Shown here: piece by piece, positions 1-10,225 of the stretch
Layout: each line of letters begins with the position of its first letter
Numbering within the stretch: the first letter of the stretch is position 1
Assembly: GCA_051868815.1 (NCBI GenBank)
Contig: JBJEAH010000116.1
Span: 1 to 42,459, forward strand
Direction: 5' to 3'
Origin: Alloprevotella sp.
GTDB lineage: Bacteria > Bacteroidota > Bacteroidia > Bacteroidales > Bacteroidaceae
Length of the DNA stretch: 42,459 nucleotides
Notes under the pieces: model-generated
What the model saw: only the letters and a program-made list of their open reading frames with translations
Database searches by the model: none
What the model was told of the DNA's origin: nothing
Program-made: the position numbers and the translations under genes

Positions 1-31
1 TCTTTAATCATACTCGTATACTTGTTTACTC

Positions 32-2842
32 TTAAAACTTATATGATGCCGAAAGGCTGAAGGAGCGGCCGGGGCGGTAGCTGCGCGTCACTTCCTGAAT
101 GTTGCGCTGCGTGCCGTTGGTGAGGGTCACGTCGTTGATTTGTTTGAACACCACCTTTTCGCCCAGCACATCCTTTACGCCGAGGCGCACGCGCCATTTG
201 CCGAACGTGCGGGCGCAGGAGAGGTCGAGGGCGTTGCGTGGCATCTCGTAAGAGTCGGGGATATTCACGCTCTGGTCGCCCGTTGTGCCGAGGCTGCGCC
301 CCACGCCGATGAGGCGCTTGCCGATGCGGTTGTAGAGCACGGTGGCCTCCCAGCCCTTATGTTCGTAGAAGATGCCGCAATTCACGAGGTAGGGCGACTG
401 TCCCTGCATGGGGCGGTTCTTCTGCCGCGAGCCTTCCTCGAAGAACACGCGGCTCTTGATGAGCGAGCCGTTGAAGAGTAGCGTGAAGTCGCGAAGACCG
501 ATGAAGCCGAGGTTCTTGCGCACGTCGAGTTCGAGGCCGAGGCTGATGGCGCGGTCGGCATTCTGATAGGAATACACGAGGTCGGTGCCGCCCGCCACAG
601 TGTAGGTCCATTCGATGGGGTCGTTGAAGTTCTTTACGAACGCGGCGAGCGAAATCTCGTCGCCCTTTGCGGGATACCACTCATAGCGCACGTCGGCATT
701 GTCCACGTGGCAGGAGCGCAGGTTCGTGTTGCCCTGCACAGAGCCGGGGAGGTCGAAATCGTAGAACACGGAGGGGCTCACCTCTCGAAACTCGGGGCGG
801 TTGATTGTGCGCCCGTAAGAGGCACGCAGCTGCTGCTCCTTGGGCAGGCGCCAGGTGAAGTTGAACGACGGGAAGAAGTCGTTGTCTTCAAAAAACTTGC
901 TCATCGGACTCTTCTCATAGTCGCGCGTGTTGCTGATGAGTTCCATGCGGTCGTGCTCGAAGCGCACGCCGGCGTAGATGTTCACCGCGCCGATGGGGAG
1001 CGAAAGCCCCGCGTAGCCGGCGGCGTTGAGGCGGCGGCCCTGATAGTCGTTGCGCATCTTTGTATCGTCGATCAAGTAAAAGCCTTGCTCGTCGAGATAT
1101 TCCTCCTCGCTCAGGAGGGCGGGAATGCCGGCGGTGCGGAAATCTGAAGGCAGGTCGTTGGCGGCGGGGTTGAAGCCGTAGATAAAGCTGCGCGTGCGGT
1201 AGTCGCGGCTGCGGTATTCGCCATAGCCGCCCACGCGGAGCTCCGGTTCAATCTTCTTGCCCTCCACAATCTTGAAGCGGTAGTTGAGTGCGGCAGAGCC
1301 GATGTGCTCTTTGAGGAAGGTGAACTCGCGGTTGATGTCGTTGCCCGTGGTGAGGCCTATGCTGCCCGTCTCGAGCGCGTCGTTGAGCACGTAGCGTCGG
1401 CGGTCGGGGAGGTTGCGGTTGGCAAAGGCGTAGCCCACGCTCCAGTCTATGTTGTGGCGGTCGAGGGCGATTTTGCTCGTGAACTGCGTGTTGTAGACCG
1501 TGCGGCTGCTGTAATAGTATTCCGCCTCGCGGGCAGCGTTGCTCTGCGCGTCAACGCCCGTGCGGTCGGTGTAGCGCGACTTGCCGAGCTGGTTGAAGAT
1601 GTTTTTCCACTCATAGCGTCCTTTCTTGCCGGCAGGCACAAAGGTGAGGTTGAGCATCGCGCCGAGGCGTGCGTCCTCGGAATATTGGCGGTCGGTGTAG
1701 CGGTGCATGTAGACGCTGCAGTCGTGGGAGAGGTCGTAAGCGCCGAAGAGCGCGTTCTCCATAGGCGCGTAGGTGGTGCGCGTGTTGGAGTAGTTGAGCG
1801 AGGCGAGCACCGCCCAAAGCGCTCCCTTGTCGGTTTCGCGCGAGCGGTTGATGTCGGCGGAGAAGTTCAGGTCGGGACGGAAGCCGCGCTTGCGCACGCG
1901 CCAATCGTTGCACAGGCCGCCGCTCAGGGGGCTGACCGCATCGTCGCCCACGGCGAGCGGTTGCATCTTCGTGTCGATGCCTGAGGAAAGACCGCGCAAG
2001 CCATTGTCGAAACCGAGGAAGTCCGTGCCGCTGCTCATCGTGGCGAAGAAGTCGCGGAAGTGCGTGCGGTCGTTCACAGATGCCCCGAGCGAGAGGCTCG
2101 CCGTGTTGCGGTTGGGCACCTCTTTTGTCTCAATCTTGATAAAGCCGCCGCTGAAATCGGCGGGATATTCCGGCGCGGGCGACTTGACGATTTGCAGATT
2201 GTCCACCTGCGAGGAGGGAATAACGTCGAAAGAGAAGGCGCGCTGGTCGGCCTCGCTCGACGGCACCGCAGAACCATTAATCCACACATTATTATATCTC
2301 TGCGACAGGCCGCGCACCATGACAAATTTCTTGTCGATAACGGAAATGCCAGGCACGCGGCGGATAATCTCTGAGGCATCCTTGTCCTGCGTCTTGGCAA
2401 TCTGCGCTGCCGACACGCCGCTCTGCACCACGAGGCTGTTCCGCTCGATGTTCACCATCGCCACCTCCGTGTTGCGCTGTGCCTGCGCCTTCACCGTGGC
2501 AGTGCCGAGCATCGATTCCAAAGGCTCGAGGCGAAACACGGTGAGCGTGTCCACATCGGGGCGTTCGGCCGTTTGCTCGAGGCGCTTGTAGCCGAGATAA
2601 GTGAATTGCAGTTTCAGCCGCTTCGCGCCGCGTTCCAGCGGCAGCACGAATACGCCGTGCTCGTCTGTCTGCACGACAGGTCCTTGCGGCATTGCCTTTA
2701 CCGTAACCCCGATGAGCCATTCGCCCGTGCCGGCATCTACCACGCGGCCTCGAAAGGCGGCGGGCGCGGCGGCACGGAGCGAAGCGGCCATCAGCATCAA
2801 AATCATAAGAACAAGAACTTTGCTGTTTTTTCTAAAAATCAT
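32..2842 (-). CDS. TonB-dependent receptor (N-terminal carboxypeptidase-regulatory-like domain, plug, beta-barrel)
   Basis: 936-aa ORF with signal peptide, GRVVDAGTGEWLIGVTV N-domain, plug motif RRVPGISV...VMVRGLSQRYNNVWING and C-terminal barrel strand ending SASYKF. Confidence 0.92.
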   Translation of the reverse strand: MIFRKNSKVLVLMILMLMAASLRAAAPAAFRGRVVDAGTGEWLIGVTVKAMPQGPVVQTDEHGVFVLPLERGAKRLKLQFTYLGYKRLEQTAERPDVDTLTVFRLEPLESMLGTATVKAQAQRNTEVAMVNIERNSLVVQSGVSAAQIAKTQDKDASEIIRRVPGISVIDKKFVMVRGLSQRYNNVWINGSAVPSSEADQRAFSFDVIPSSQVDNLQIVKSPAPEYPADFSGGFIKIETKEVPNRNTASLSLGASVNDRTHFRDFFATMSSGTDFLGFDNGLRGLSSGIDTKMQPLAVGDDAVSPLSGGLCNDWRVRKRGFRPDLNFSADINRSRETDKGALWAVLASLNYSNTRTTYAPMENALFGAYDLSHDCSVYMHRYTDRQYSEDARLGAMLNLTFVPAGKKGRYEWKNIFNQLGKSRYTDRTGVDAQSNAAREAEYYYSSRTVYNTQFTSKIALDRHNIDWSVGYAFANRNLPDRRRYVLNDALETGSIGLTTGNDINREFTFLKEHIGSAALNYRFKIVEGKKIEPELRVGGYGEYRSRDYRTRSFIYGFNPAANDLPSDFRTAGIPALLSEEEYLDEQGFYLIDDTKMRNDYQGRRLNAAGYAGLSLPIGAVNIYAGVRFEHDRMELISNTRDYEKSPMSKFFEDNDFFPSFNFTWRLPKEQQLRASYGRTINRPEFREVSPSVFYDFDLPGSVQGNTNLRSCHVDNADVRYEWYPAKGDEISLAAFVKNFNDPIEWTYTVAGGTDLVYSYQNADRAISLGLELDVRKNLGFIGLRDFTLLFNGSLIKSRVFFEEGSRQKNRPMQGQSPYLVNCGIFYEHKGWEATVLYNRIGKRLIGVGRSLGTTGDQSVNIPDSYEMPRNALDLSCARTFGKWRVRLGVKDVLGEKVVFKQINDVTLTNGTQRNIQEVTRSYRPGRSFSLSASYKF

Positions 2843-2866
2843 AAATACACCAGATTGTTTTTTACA

Positions 2867-2928
2867 AGATTTTCGGCTGCGCTCGGCAATTCAAGTAAAC
2901 TTGATTGCGCTTGCTTGCACGAAAATTC
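2867..2928. repeat. 62-bp palindromic dispersed element, copy A
   Basis: Close match to 18024-18085; internal hairpin TCAAGT-AA-ACTTGA inside GCAA..TTGC and ATTTTCG..CGAAAAT. Confidence 0.85.
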
Positions 2929-3111
2929 ACGCTGCAAAGTTCGCCCCTCCTTGTAACGTTTGCGTTCCAAATATGTTACATTGGTGTGAAAAGGGCAGGG
3001 AGATAAATGAATAAGGAGTAAATTGCTTTTTTGCCGTGCAAATCTCCCTAAAAAACTGAAAAAAACGCGGAGTTTTCCGAGCGCGGGCGGCTGCAATCGG
3101 ATAAAACCTCG

Positions 3112-3119
3112 TAACTTTG
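3112..3119 (+). promoter_or_regulatory. Bacteroidetes sigma-A -7 element for the rsfS-ftsH operon
   Basis: TAACTTTG (TAnnTTTG) 80 bp upstream of rsfS. Confidence 0.65.
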
Positions 3120-3199
3120 CGGCACGCATTTTGCAACTATCTTAGCAGAAACCGTAGTTTGGCAAATACACATTATTATATATATATAGACAAGACAAA

Positions 3200-3559
3200 A
3201 TGACAGAAACAAAAAATCTGGTAGAAGCAATCATCGAAGGCATACAAGAAAAGAAAGGCCGCGCCATCAGCGTGGCAGACCTCAGCAGCATCGACACCGC
3301 GCCTTGCAAATACTTCGTGATCTGCACCGGCGGGTCGCCGCAGCAGGTGGAAGCCGTGGCAGACAGCGTGGAAGAGTTTGCACGCAAGCACGCCGCCGAG
3401 AAACCCGCCGCCGTGTGCGGCAAGGCCAACGCCGAATGGGTGGCTCTGGACTACGGCACGGTGATGGTGCACGTGTTCCTCCCTGATGCCCGCGAGCATT
3501 ACGACCTTGAGCATCTCTGGCACGACGCGCCCGTGCAAAGCATTCCCGATCTGGATTAA
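3200..3559 (+). CDS. rsfS: Ribosome silencing factor RsfS (Iojap)
   Basis: 119 aa; YFVICTG..QVEA and WVALDYGTVMVHVF..REHYDLEHLW motifs. Confidence 0.95.
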   Translation: MTETKNLVEAIIEGIQEKKGRAISVADLSSIDTAPCKYFVICTGGSPQQVEAVADSVEEFARKHAAEKPAAVCGKANAEWVALDYGTVMVHVFLPDAREHYDLEHLWHDAPVQSIPDLD

Positions 3560-3585
3560 AAACATCCTTTCCCCTCTGCACAATA

Positions 3586-5634
3586 ATGGACAAAAACAAC
3601 AATAAAATCCCCGGCGGCAAGAAAAGCAACATGCCGAAGTTCAGCCTCAGCTGGCTCTACATCGCGGTGATTGCCGCCCTCACCATCATGCTCTTCCAAG
3701 GCAACGACAGCAGCGGAGGAGCAAACAAAGAGGTGGACTACACCTCGTTCAAAACCTACGTGGCCAACAACTACGGCACGGAAGTAGTGATCGACAAGAC
3801 TGCCGGCGAGGTGAGCATGACGATACGCCCCGAACGCATACGCGAAGTGTTCAAGGCAGGCACTGACCGCGTGGGCAAACAGCCCACAGTGTCGACCAAG
3901 TACGGCTCCATCGACCGCCTCGACGACTACCTCGCCGAGAACTTCAAGGGCAAGGTGAAATACCGCGAGAGCGACAGTTTCTTCCTGCGCCTGCTGAGCA
4001 GTTTCCTGCCCATCATACTGCTCGTGTTCCTCTGGTTCTTCATGATGCGCCGCATGGGCGGCGGTGCCGGCGGCGGCGTGTTCAGCGTGGGCAAGAGCAA
4101 GGCCAAACTCTTCGACAAGAACGGGCAGGGCACCAACGTCACATTCAAGGACGTGGCGGGACAGGAAGGCGCCAAGCAGGAAGTGCGCGAGATTGTGGAC
4201 TTCCTCAAAAATCCCAAGAAATACACCGAACTCGGCGGCAAGATCCCCAAGGGCGCATTGCTCGTAGGTCCTCCGGGCACAGGTAAGACCCTCTTGGCAA
4301 AAGCAGTGGCGGGCGAGGCCGACGTGCCTTTCTTCTCCATGTCAGGGTCAGATTTCGTCGAAATGTTCGTCGGCGTGGGCGCCAGCCGCGTGCGCGACCT
4401 CTTCAGTCAGGCCAAGGAAAAGTCGCCCTGCATCATCTTTATCGACGAAATAGACGCCATTGGCCGCGCCCGCGGCAAAAATCCCGCCCTCGGCGGCAAC
4501 GACGAGCGCGAAAACACGCTCAACCAACTGCTCACGGAGATGGACGGCTTCGGCACGAACTCCGGCGTGATTATCCTCGCAGCCACCAACCGCGTGGAAA
4601 TTCTCGACCCCGCCTTGCTCCGTGCCGGACGCTTCGACCGCCAAATCCACGTGGACCTGCCCGAACTCTCGGAGCGCGTTGCCATTTTCAAGGTGCACCT
4701 CGCGCCGCTCAAACTCGCCGACGACCTCGATGTGGACATGCTCGCGCGGCAAACGCCGGGCTTCTCGGGCGCAGACATCGCCAACGTGTGCAACGAGGCG
4801 GCACTCATCGCCGCCCGCCACAACCGCACCCACGTGGGCAAGCAGGATTTCCTCGATGCCGTGGACCGCATCATCGGCGGACTCGAAAAGACCTCGAAGG
4901 TGATGACCGCCGACGAGAAGCGCAGCATCGCGATCCACGAGGCAGGCCACGCTTCCGTGTCGTGGCTGCTGCAATACGCCAACCCGCTGGTGAAGGTGAC
5001 CATCGTGCCGCGCGGACAAGCCCTCGGCGCAGCGTGGTATCTGCCCGAAGAGCGCAACATCACTACGAAAGAGCAGATGCTCGACGAAATCTGCGCCACC
5101 CTCGCCGGCCGCGCCGCCGAGGAACTCTTCACAGGCCACATCTCCTCGGGTGCGCTCAACGACTTGGAGCGCGTGACGAAGCGTGCCTACGGCATGGTGG
5201 CATACCTCGGCATGAGCAGCGAACTTTCCAACCTTTGCTACTACAATAATCAGGAATACAATTTCACCAGACCCTATTCCGAAAAGACGGCCGAGAAGAT
5301 CGACACCGAAGTGAGCCGCCTCATCGGCGAGCAGTATGCACGCGCCAAGAGCATTCTCACCGACAATGCCGAAAAGCACGGGCAACTGGCGCAGCTGCTC
5401 ATCGAGCGCGAAGTGATTTTCACGGAGGACGTGGAGCGCATCTTCGGCAAACGCCCCTGGAAGAGCCGCGCCGATATCCTCATGGAGGAGGAAGAAAAGG
5501 AGAAAACCGAACAAACAGCGCAGCAGCCTGACGAAACGCCTGCCGACGGCGAAGAAAAGCAAGTGCTCACCAATGAAGAGGTAGAACAACTCATTGCAGA
5601 ACGTGAGAAACAAAAACAAAGCGACCATGAATAA
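3586..5634 (+). CDS. ftsH: ATP-dependent zinc metalloprotease FtsH
   Basis: Two TM segments, Walker A GPPGTGKT, Walker [27 protein letters not shown] zinc motif. Confidence 0.98.
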   Translation: MDKNNNKIPGGKKSNMPKFSLSWLYIAVIAALTIMLFQGNDSSGGANKEVDYTSFKTYVANNYGTEVVIDKTAGEVSMTIRPERIREVFKAGTDRVGKQPTVSTKYGSIDRLDDYLAENFKGKVKYRESDSFFLRLLSSFLPIILLVFLWFFMMRRMGGGAGGGVFSVGKSKAKLFDKNGQGTNVTFKDVAGQEGAKQEVREIVDFLKNPKKYTELGGKIPKGALLVGPPGTGKTLLAKAVAGEADVPFFSMSGSDFVEMFVGVGASRVRDLFSQAKEKSPCIIFIDEIDAIGRARGKNPALGGNDERENTLNQLLTEMDGFGTNSGVIILAATNRVEILDPALLRAGRFDRQIHVDLPELSERVAIFKVHLAPLKLADDLDVDMLARQTPGFSGADIANVCNEAALIAARHNRTHVGKQDFLDAVDRIIGGLEKTSKVMTADEKRSIAIHEAGHASVSWLLQYANPLVKVTIVPRGQALGAAWYLPEERNITTKEQMLDEICATLAGRAAEELFTGHISSGALNDLERVTKRAYGMVAYLGMSSELSNLCYYNNQEYNFTRPYSEKTAEKIDTEVSRLIGEQYARAKSILTDNAEKHGQLAQLLIEREVIFTEDVERIFGKRPWKSRADILMEEEEKEKTEQTAQQPDETPADGEEKQVLTNEEVEQLIAEREKQKQSDHE

Positions 5635-6472
5635 CCTCGTATTACGCACCCTCACGGGCGTGCTTTTCGTGGCAACCCTCGTGGGCGGCACCATTTACTC
5701 GCCAGTCACCTTCACCGCCCTCTTCGGCCTCATCACTGCCCTCACCCTTTGGGAGTTTACGGGCATCGTGAACAACCATGCCGGCGCAAACGTGAACCGC
5801 CTTATCACCACGGCGGCAGGCACGTATCTCTTTTTCGCCTTTGCCGGCTTCTGCGGCGACTTTACGCCGAGCCGCGCCTTTGTGCCCTATCTGCTCTCGC
5901 TGATGTATCTGCTCATCGAAGAGCTCTACCTGCAGCACAAAGACCCGCTGCGCAACTGGGCGTTAGCCTTCGCGGCGCAGGTGTACATAGCCTTAGGCTT
6001 CGCCATGCTCAACGTGCTGGCGTTCCGCTACGATGCAGTGACAGGGCAGACGGTCTTCGAGTGGATATTCCCGCTCTCCGTCTTCATCTTCCTTTGGACG
6101 AGCGACACGGGTGCCTACTGCTGCGGCAGCCTGCTGAGCCGCTATTTCCCCGCCAAACTCTTCGGGCGCATCTCGCCTAAAAAGTCGTGGGTGGGCAGCA
6201 TCGGCGGCGGTCTGCTCTGCATCGTGGCAGCCGTCATTATCAACGCCCTTTGCCCGGGCAAGATGGAACTGGTTTATTGGATCGGCCTCGCGCTTACCGT
6301 CTGCGTGTTCGGCACATGGGGCGACTTGGTAGAAAGCCTCTTGAAACGGCAATTAGGCATCAAAGATTCCGGCAACCTCCTGCCGGGACACGGCGGCATG
6401 CTCGACCGCTTTGACTCCGCGCTCCTCGCCATTCCCGCCGCCGTGCTCTACTTCTTCTGCATAGGCTGTTAA
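5627..6472 (+). CDS. cdsA: Phosphatidate cytidylyltransferase
   Basis: SDTGAY, ISPKKSWVG and GDLVESLLKRQLGIKDSGNLLPGHGGMLDRFDS signature; ATG at 5627 overlaps the ftsH end. Confidence 0.95.
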   Translation: MNNLVLRTLTGVLFVATLVGGTIYSPVTFTALFGLITALTLWEFTGIVNNHAGANVNRLITTAAGTYLFFAFAGFCGDFTPSRAFVPYLLSLMYLLIEELYLQHKDPLRNWALAFAAQVYIALGFAMLNVLAFRYDAVTGQTVFEWIFPLSVFIFLWTSDTGAYCCGSLLSRYFPAKLFGRISPKKSWVGSIGGGLLCIVAAVIINALCPGKMELVYWIGLALTVCVFGTWGDLVESLLKRQLGIKDSGNLLPGHGGMLDRFDSALLAIPAAVLYFFCIGC

Positions 6473-6499
6473 GGGAAATTGCCTAACGGCAAGACTATC

Positions 6500-7138
6500 A
6501 TGAAACTGAAAAAACTATCGCGCCGCAGCGGCGAGGAAATCTTCAACACGCTGACGCACTTGGCAGGCGTGGTGTTCACGCTCTCGGTGGCATGGATCAT
6601 TATCCGCTACGGCTACCGGCAGAACTGGCAGCACGCTTTCGGCGTGACGTTCTTCACCTCCGGCATGCTGCTGATGTACGCGTGCAGCACCCTTTACCAC
6701 TGGTGGCTGCCCGGGAAGACCAAAAGCGTGCTGCGCATCTTCGACCACTGCGGCATCTACGTGATGATTGCCGCCTCATATACGCCCATCTGCATCGGAG
6801 TGGTGGGTGGCGCGCTCGGTTGGACGGTGTTCGGACTGCTGTGGGCGGTGGTCGTGGCAGGCATAATATATAAAGTGAAAGCCTTGGGGCGATACCCGAA
6901 GCTTTCACTTTTTCTCTATCTTGCCATGGGCTGGTCGGTTGTCTTTATCGCCGAGCCCGTGGTCAGCAAACTATCCATGCCTTCGCTGCTTTGGATTTTG
7001 TCAGAAGGTCTTTTCTATACCGGCGGCACCTATTTCTTTGCCCACGATGACCGCCGCTATTTCCACGGCATTTGGCACATCTTCGTCCTCCTCGGCTCTG
7101 CGAGCCACTGGGCCGCCGTTTATTGCATCGTTTCCTAA
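6500..7138 (+). CDS. Hemolysin III / PAQR family membrane protein
   Basis: EEIFNTLTH, STLYH, RIFDHCGIYVMIAASYTP and HGIWHIFVLLGSASH motifs; multiple TM segments; start placed at the ATG at 6500. Confidence 0.92.
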   Translation: MKLKKLSRRSGEEIFNTLTHLAGVVFTLSVAWIIIRYGYRQNWQHAFGVTFFTSGMLLMYACSTLYHWWLPGKTKSVLRIFDHCGIYVMIAASYTPICIGVVGGALGWTVFGLLWAVVVAGIIYKVKALGRYPKLSLFLYLAMGWSVVFIAEPVVSKLSMPSLLWILSEGLFYTGGTYFFAHDDRRYFHGIWHIFVLLGSASHWAAVYCIVS

Positions 7139-7141
7139 AAC

Positions 7142-7681
7142 TTAGAAATTCACAACCATGCTGATGCCCCCGCCGTCGCCGAACGATGCCGGGGCGATGC
7201 TTACGTCTGCCTTTTTCACGAAGGGACGGGTGTAGATGAACGCTGCGCCCGCGCCGATGGCGGCACCGCCGAGCACGTCCCACCAGTCGTGGCATTTGGC
7301 ATAAGTGCGTCCCCATGCCACGTAAGCGGCCGCGGCGTAGGCAGGTACGCCCCACTTCCAGCCGTAACGGCGGAGAAGGAACGATGCGCCGTCGAAAGCC
7401 ACCGCCGTATGCGTGCTCGGGAAAGCGTGATGCCCTGTGCCGTCGGGGCGGTCTTTCTTAATGACGGCTTCCAGCCCGTAATTGATGGCGAGCGTGGTGG
7501 CAGAACTGAGGCCGAGCTGCAAGATGCCCTTCTTGTCCTTTTCCACAATCGCCTTGATAAGACCTGTGGCGGAGGGAGCCAGGCACAGTACGTCTGTGGA
7601 AGGCTCTACGAATTTATGCTGTGCCGTGAGGCATGTGGCGTGGAGCATGAGGCAGGCAAAGAGGATAAAGCTGATTTTCAT
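7142..7681 (-). CDS. PAP2-family phosphatase (possibly lipid A phosphatase-like)
   Basis: K-x(n)-RP (KKDRPDG), FPSTHT and RTYAKCHDWWDV catalytic motifs; signal peptide. Confidence 0.85.
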   Translation of the reverse strand: MKISFILFACLMLHATCLTAQHKFVEPSTDVLCLAPSATGLIKAIVEKDKKGILQLGLSSATTLAINYGLEAVIKKDRPDGTGHHAFPSTHTAVAFDGASFLLRRYGWKWGVPAYAAAAYVAWGRTYAKCHDWWDVLGGAAIGAGAAFIYTRPFVKKADVSIAPASFGDGGGISMVVNF

Positions 7682-7690
7682 AAATGGCGG

Positions 7691-9532
7691 TTATTTCTTC
7701 TTATTCTTCTTACTGGTTTTCGCAGAGTGCGCCGGCTGCGTGACGCTGGCCGTGTCAATAACCGGGGCATTGCCGACCGCGCCCGCTTGGCTCGGTGCGC
7801 CAGGCACGAAGAACTGTCCTCGGTCTTCCACGATGCGTATGTCGCACACGTTGCACCAGGCACAGTTGCCGCTGGCTTGCTGCGTTTTCGACTGGTCGCA
7901 GGTCACGCCGAACGTAATCGTGCCGCCCGCGTGGCGGAAAGGTCGGGAGGCAGAGAAACTCCAACGATCGGCGCGCTCGGCTATGTCTTCCCAATCATCT
8001 TTCGTATAATAAGCCTGCTTGAAATAGTCCATCGTGTAGGCAAGTTCGTAGGGCGTTCTCCCGATGTTGCTCGGCACGTCCTTTATATAGGCCGGCAGGG
8101 GCACGAGGTTCGTGTAAACCCCGGCGGAGTCCACTGTGTAGCCGAAGCAGCCCGGTGCACTGGCTTGCGATATGATTTCCAGGCGATAGTTGCCGGCAGG
8201 AAGCGTCACCGTCTTTTGCAGGTCGAAAATCATAGGCTGGTTGTCCTGATAGCGCGAAAAGGCCCAGTGGGAGTCTTCCGCTTCATCGTTGAAAAACGAT
8301 TCGTGCCATTCGTACACCCCGCCCCAGTTGTTGCAGTTTTCCAACTTCATGATGTGTGCGCCGTCCGCTGCGAGGCGGTTGCGGTCGGAGGGTTGCAGAT
8401 AGATGCCGTTCACCGTATTCTTGTCGCGCAGCACCTTTGCTTCGGCTTTGCTGATATTCTTGATTAAGAAGCCGCCCAGTATGCCGGCCACGCTGAGCGA
8501 AAGCACTAAGGAGAGGACGAGGAGCACAATGCGCCCGAGCGAATATGGCTTCCCCGGCGTGCCGCCCGTAAACATACGGACAAGCAGATAGAACAAGATG
8601 TTCCCGGCAGCAAGCAGGCAAAAGGCGATGGCGATGAGCGAGATCGTTGAGTTGGGAATGGCTTGCAAAGCCTCGGTAATCGTGGGGTCGCATCCCCAGA
8701 AACTCGTCAGGCAGGAAAAACTCGTGGCTACGATTGAGATAACGAAGAAGGCCGTAAGTACCACGCCGATGATAAACATGCCAACAATGCACGCCACGCC
8801 AACTTTAAGCAGGATAACCAAGGCGTGCAGCAACGTGTTGATGAGGCTGCGCCCGCGTGCCTCCTTTTGCTGCGGCGCAGCGGAGGGGTTGACGGCGGTG
8901 GCGTTGCGGATGATCTCGTCGTTGATGGTCTGCGCGTTCACCGTCTTGCCGCGCATCTGTAACTTCTGCTCGGCCGTCTGCGCCGCCGGCACGAAGAGCC
9001 ACAGCACGAGATAGATAATGGCCACCGTGGAGAAACTAAGGAAGCAGAGCAGCACCATGGCGATGCGCCACGGCAGCGGGTCGGTGCCGCCGAAGTAGTG
9101 GCAAAGTCCCGAGAGCACGCCGCCCAGCATCTTGTCGTCCTCGTCGCGGTAGAGCCGGCGGCGGCGCAGCCAATCTGTCAGGCGGTCGGCTGTGCTTGCC
9201 GGTGCGCCCGTTTCCGAATCAGTTTCTTCTGACTCTGTGGCGGCGGCATCGGAGGACTCGGCCGTTTCGCCCGAGTCCATTTGCTCGGGGTCGCCGATGC
9301 GGTGGATAATGTTCTGCACATCGTCGATGTCGCAGGCTTCCTTGCCGCTTTGCTTCAATTCTTCCATAAGTTCCGCCACGCGGTGTTCCACGTCGTCGGC
9401 GATTTCGTCGCCTCCCTCCTTTTTGGAGAAATAGCGGCGCATGTTTTCGAGATAGCTCTTCAAGAGTGCATAAGCGTCCTCGTCGATGGCGTAGAGCGAC
9501 CCGAACATATTGATTGTGATATTCTTTTTCAT
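7691..9532 (-). CDS. PspC-domain membrane protein with a large C-terminal extracytoplasmic domain
   Basis: N-terminal MKKNITIN..IDEDAY..EIADDVEHRVAE domain, PspC motif RRLYRDEDDKMLGGVLSGL, several TM segments, ~240-aa soluble C-terminus. Confidence 0.88.
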   Translation of the reverse strand: MKKNITINMFGSLYAIDEDAYALLKSYLENMRRYFSKKEGGDEIADDVEHRVAELMEELKQSGKEACDIDDVQNIIHRIGDPEQMDSGETAESSDAAATESEETDSETGAPASTADRLTDWLRRRRLYRDEDDKMLGGVLSGLCHYFGGTDPLPWRIAMVLLCFLSFSTVAIIYLVLWLFVPAAQTAEQKLQMRGKTVNAQTINDEIIRNATAVNPSAAPQQKEARGRSLINTLLHALVILLKVGVACIVGMFIIGVVLTAFFVISIVATSFSCLTSFWGCDPTITEALQAIPNSTISLIAIAFCLLAAGNILFYLLVRMFTGGTPGKPYSLGRIVLLVLSLVLSLSVAGILGGFLIKNISKAEAKVLRDKNTVNGIYLQPSDRNRLAADGAHIMKLENCNNWGGVYEWHESFFNDEAEDSHWAFSRYQDNQPMIFDLQKTVTLPAGNYRLEIISQASAPGCFGYTVDSAGVYTNLVPLPAYIKDVPSNIGRTPYELAYTMDYFKQAYYTKDDWEDIAERADRWSFSASRPFRHAGGTITFGVTCDQSKTQQASGNCAWCNVCDIRIVEDRGQFFVPGAPSQAGAVGNAPVIDTASVTQPAHSAKTSKKNKKK

Positions 9533-9553
9533 GATGTGGGGTTGTGTATAATA

Positions 9554-9928
9554 TTATAATATTGTGCTTGGCGTATATCCGTCGAGCGTGAGGCGTGCCG
9601 GGCTTTCCGCTTTGAGCAGTCCCACGGTGCGTGCCAGTTCGTTCCACGCGCCGTCGAGTTCGGCCAAGGCCAGTTCGCCTTGGGCGGTAAGCGCGTAATA
9701 CTTGCGCGGCGGTCCTTGCGTGCTTTCGCGCCATTCGTAAGAGAGCATCCCGTCCTTTTTAAGTCGGGTAAGCAAAGGGTAGAGCGTGCCTTCCACCACG
9801 ATCATCTCCACGCTTTTCAGGCGGTTGATGATGTCGTTGGCATACGAAGGCTCCTTGCGCAGCAACAGCAGAACGCAGTATTCCAGCATCCCTTTGCGCA
9901 TCTGTGATTTCGCATTGTCTACATTCAT
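9554..9928 (-). CDS. PadR-family transcriptional regulator
   Basis: QMRKGMLEYCVL, EGTLYPLLTRL, GPPRKYYALT; start moved to the ATG at 9928. Confidence 0.95.
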   Translation of the reverse strand: MNVDNAKSQMRKGMLEYCVLLLLRKEPSYANDIINRLKSVEMIVVEGTLYPLLTRLKKDGMLSYEWRESTQGPPRKYYALTAQGELALAELDGAWNELARTVGLLKAESPARLTLDGYTPSTIL

Positions 9929-9991
9929 GATCCTTGAGAATATTGGTAACAAATTTGCCCCCGGCCGTGGGGCAGTATCAACTATCTGCCG

Positions 9992-10033
9992 CAAAAGTAT
10001 GCAAAAGATAAGTACCTTGCAAAGCAAAGTACT
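9992..10033 (-). promoter_or_regulatory. padR promoter (-7 TACTTTTG) with a palindromic candidate PadR operator
   Basis: CAAAAGTA at 9992-9999; AGTACCTTGC-AAA-GCAAAGTACT at 10011-10033 (9/10 inverted repeat) in the -33 region. Confidence 0.65.
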
Positions 10034-10166
10034 AAGAAAATCTTGTTTATTAGTATAAATTTAATATTTTGAGCAAGGAAAGCGCGGTTTTGTCAATATA
10101 TTTCATTTCATTATGCTTTATCCTTCTTCCTTTTTCCTATATGATGCGCGGTATAAGAAAACTATT

Positions 10167-10197
10167 TTTGCCAAGATAGTTTATTTTTGTAACTTTG
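10167..10197 (+). promoter_or_regulatory. Sigma-A promoter of tetR
   Basis: TTTG-N19-TAACTTTG, canonical -33/-7 spacing. Confidence 0.75.
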
Positions 10198-10225
10198 CAG
10201 CAGATAATCCCCTGGAAATCATTTT

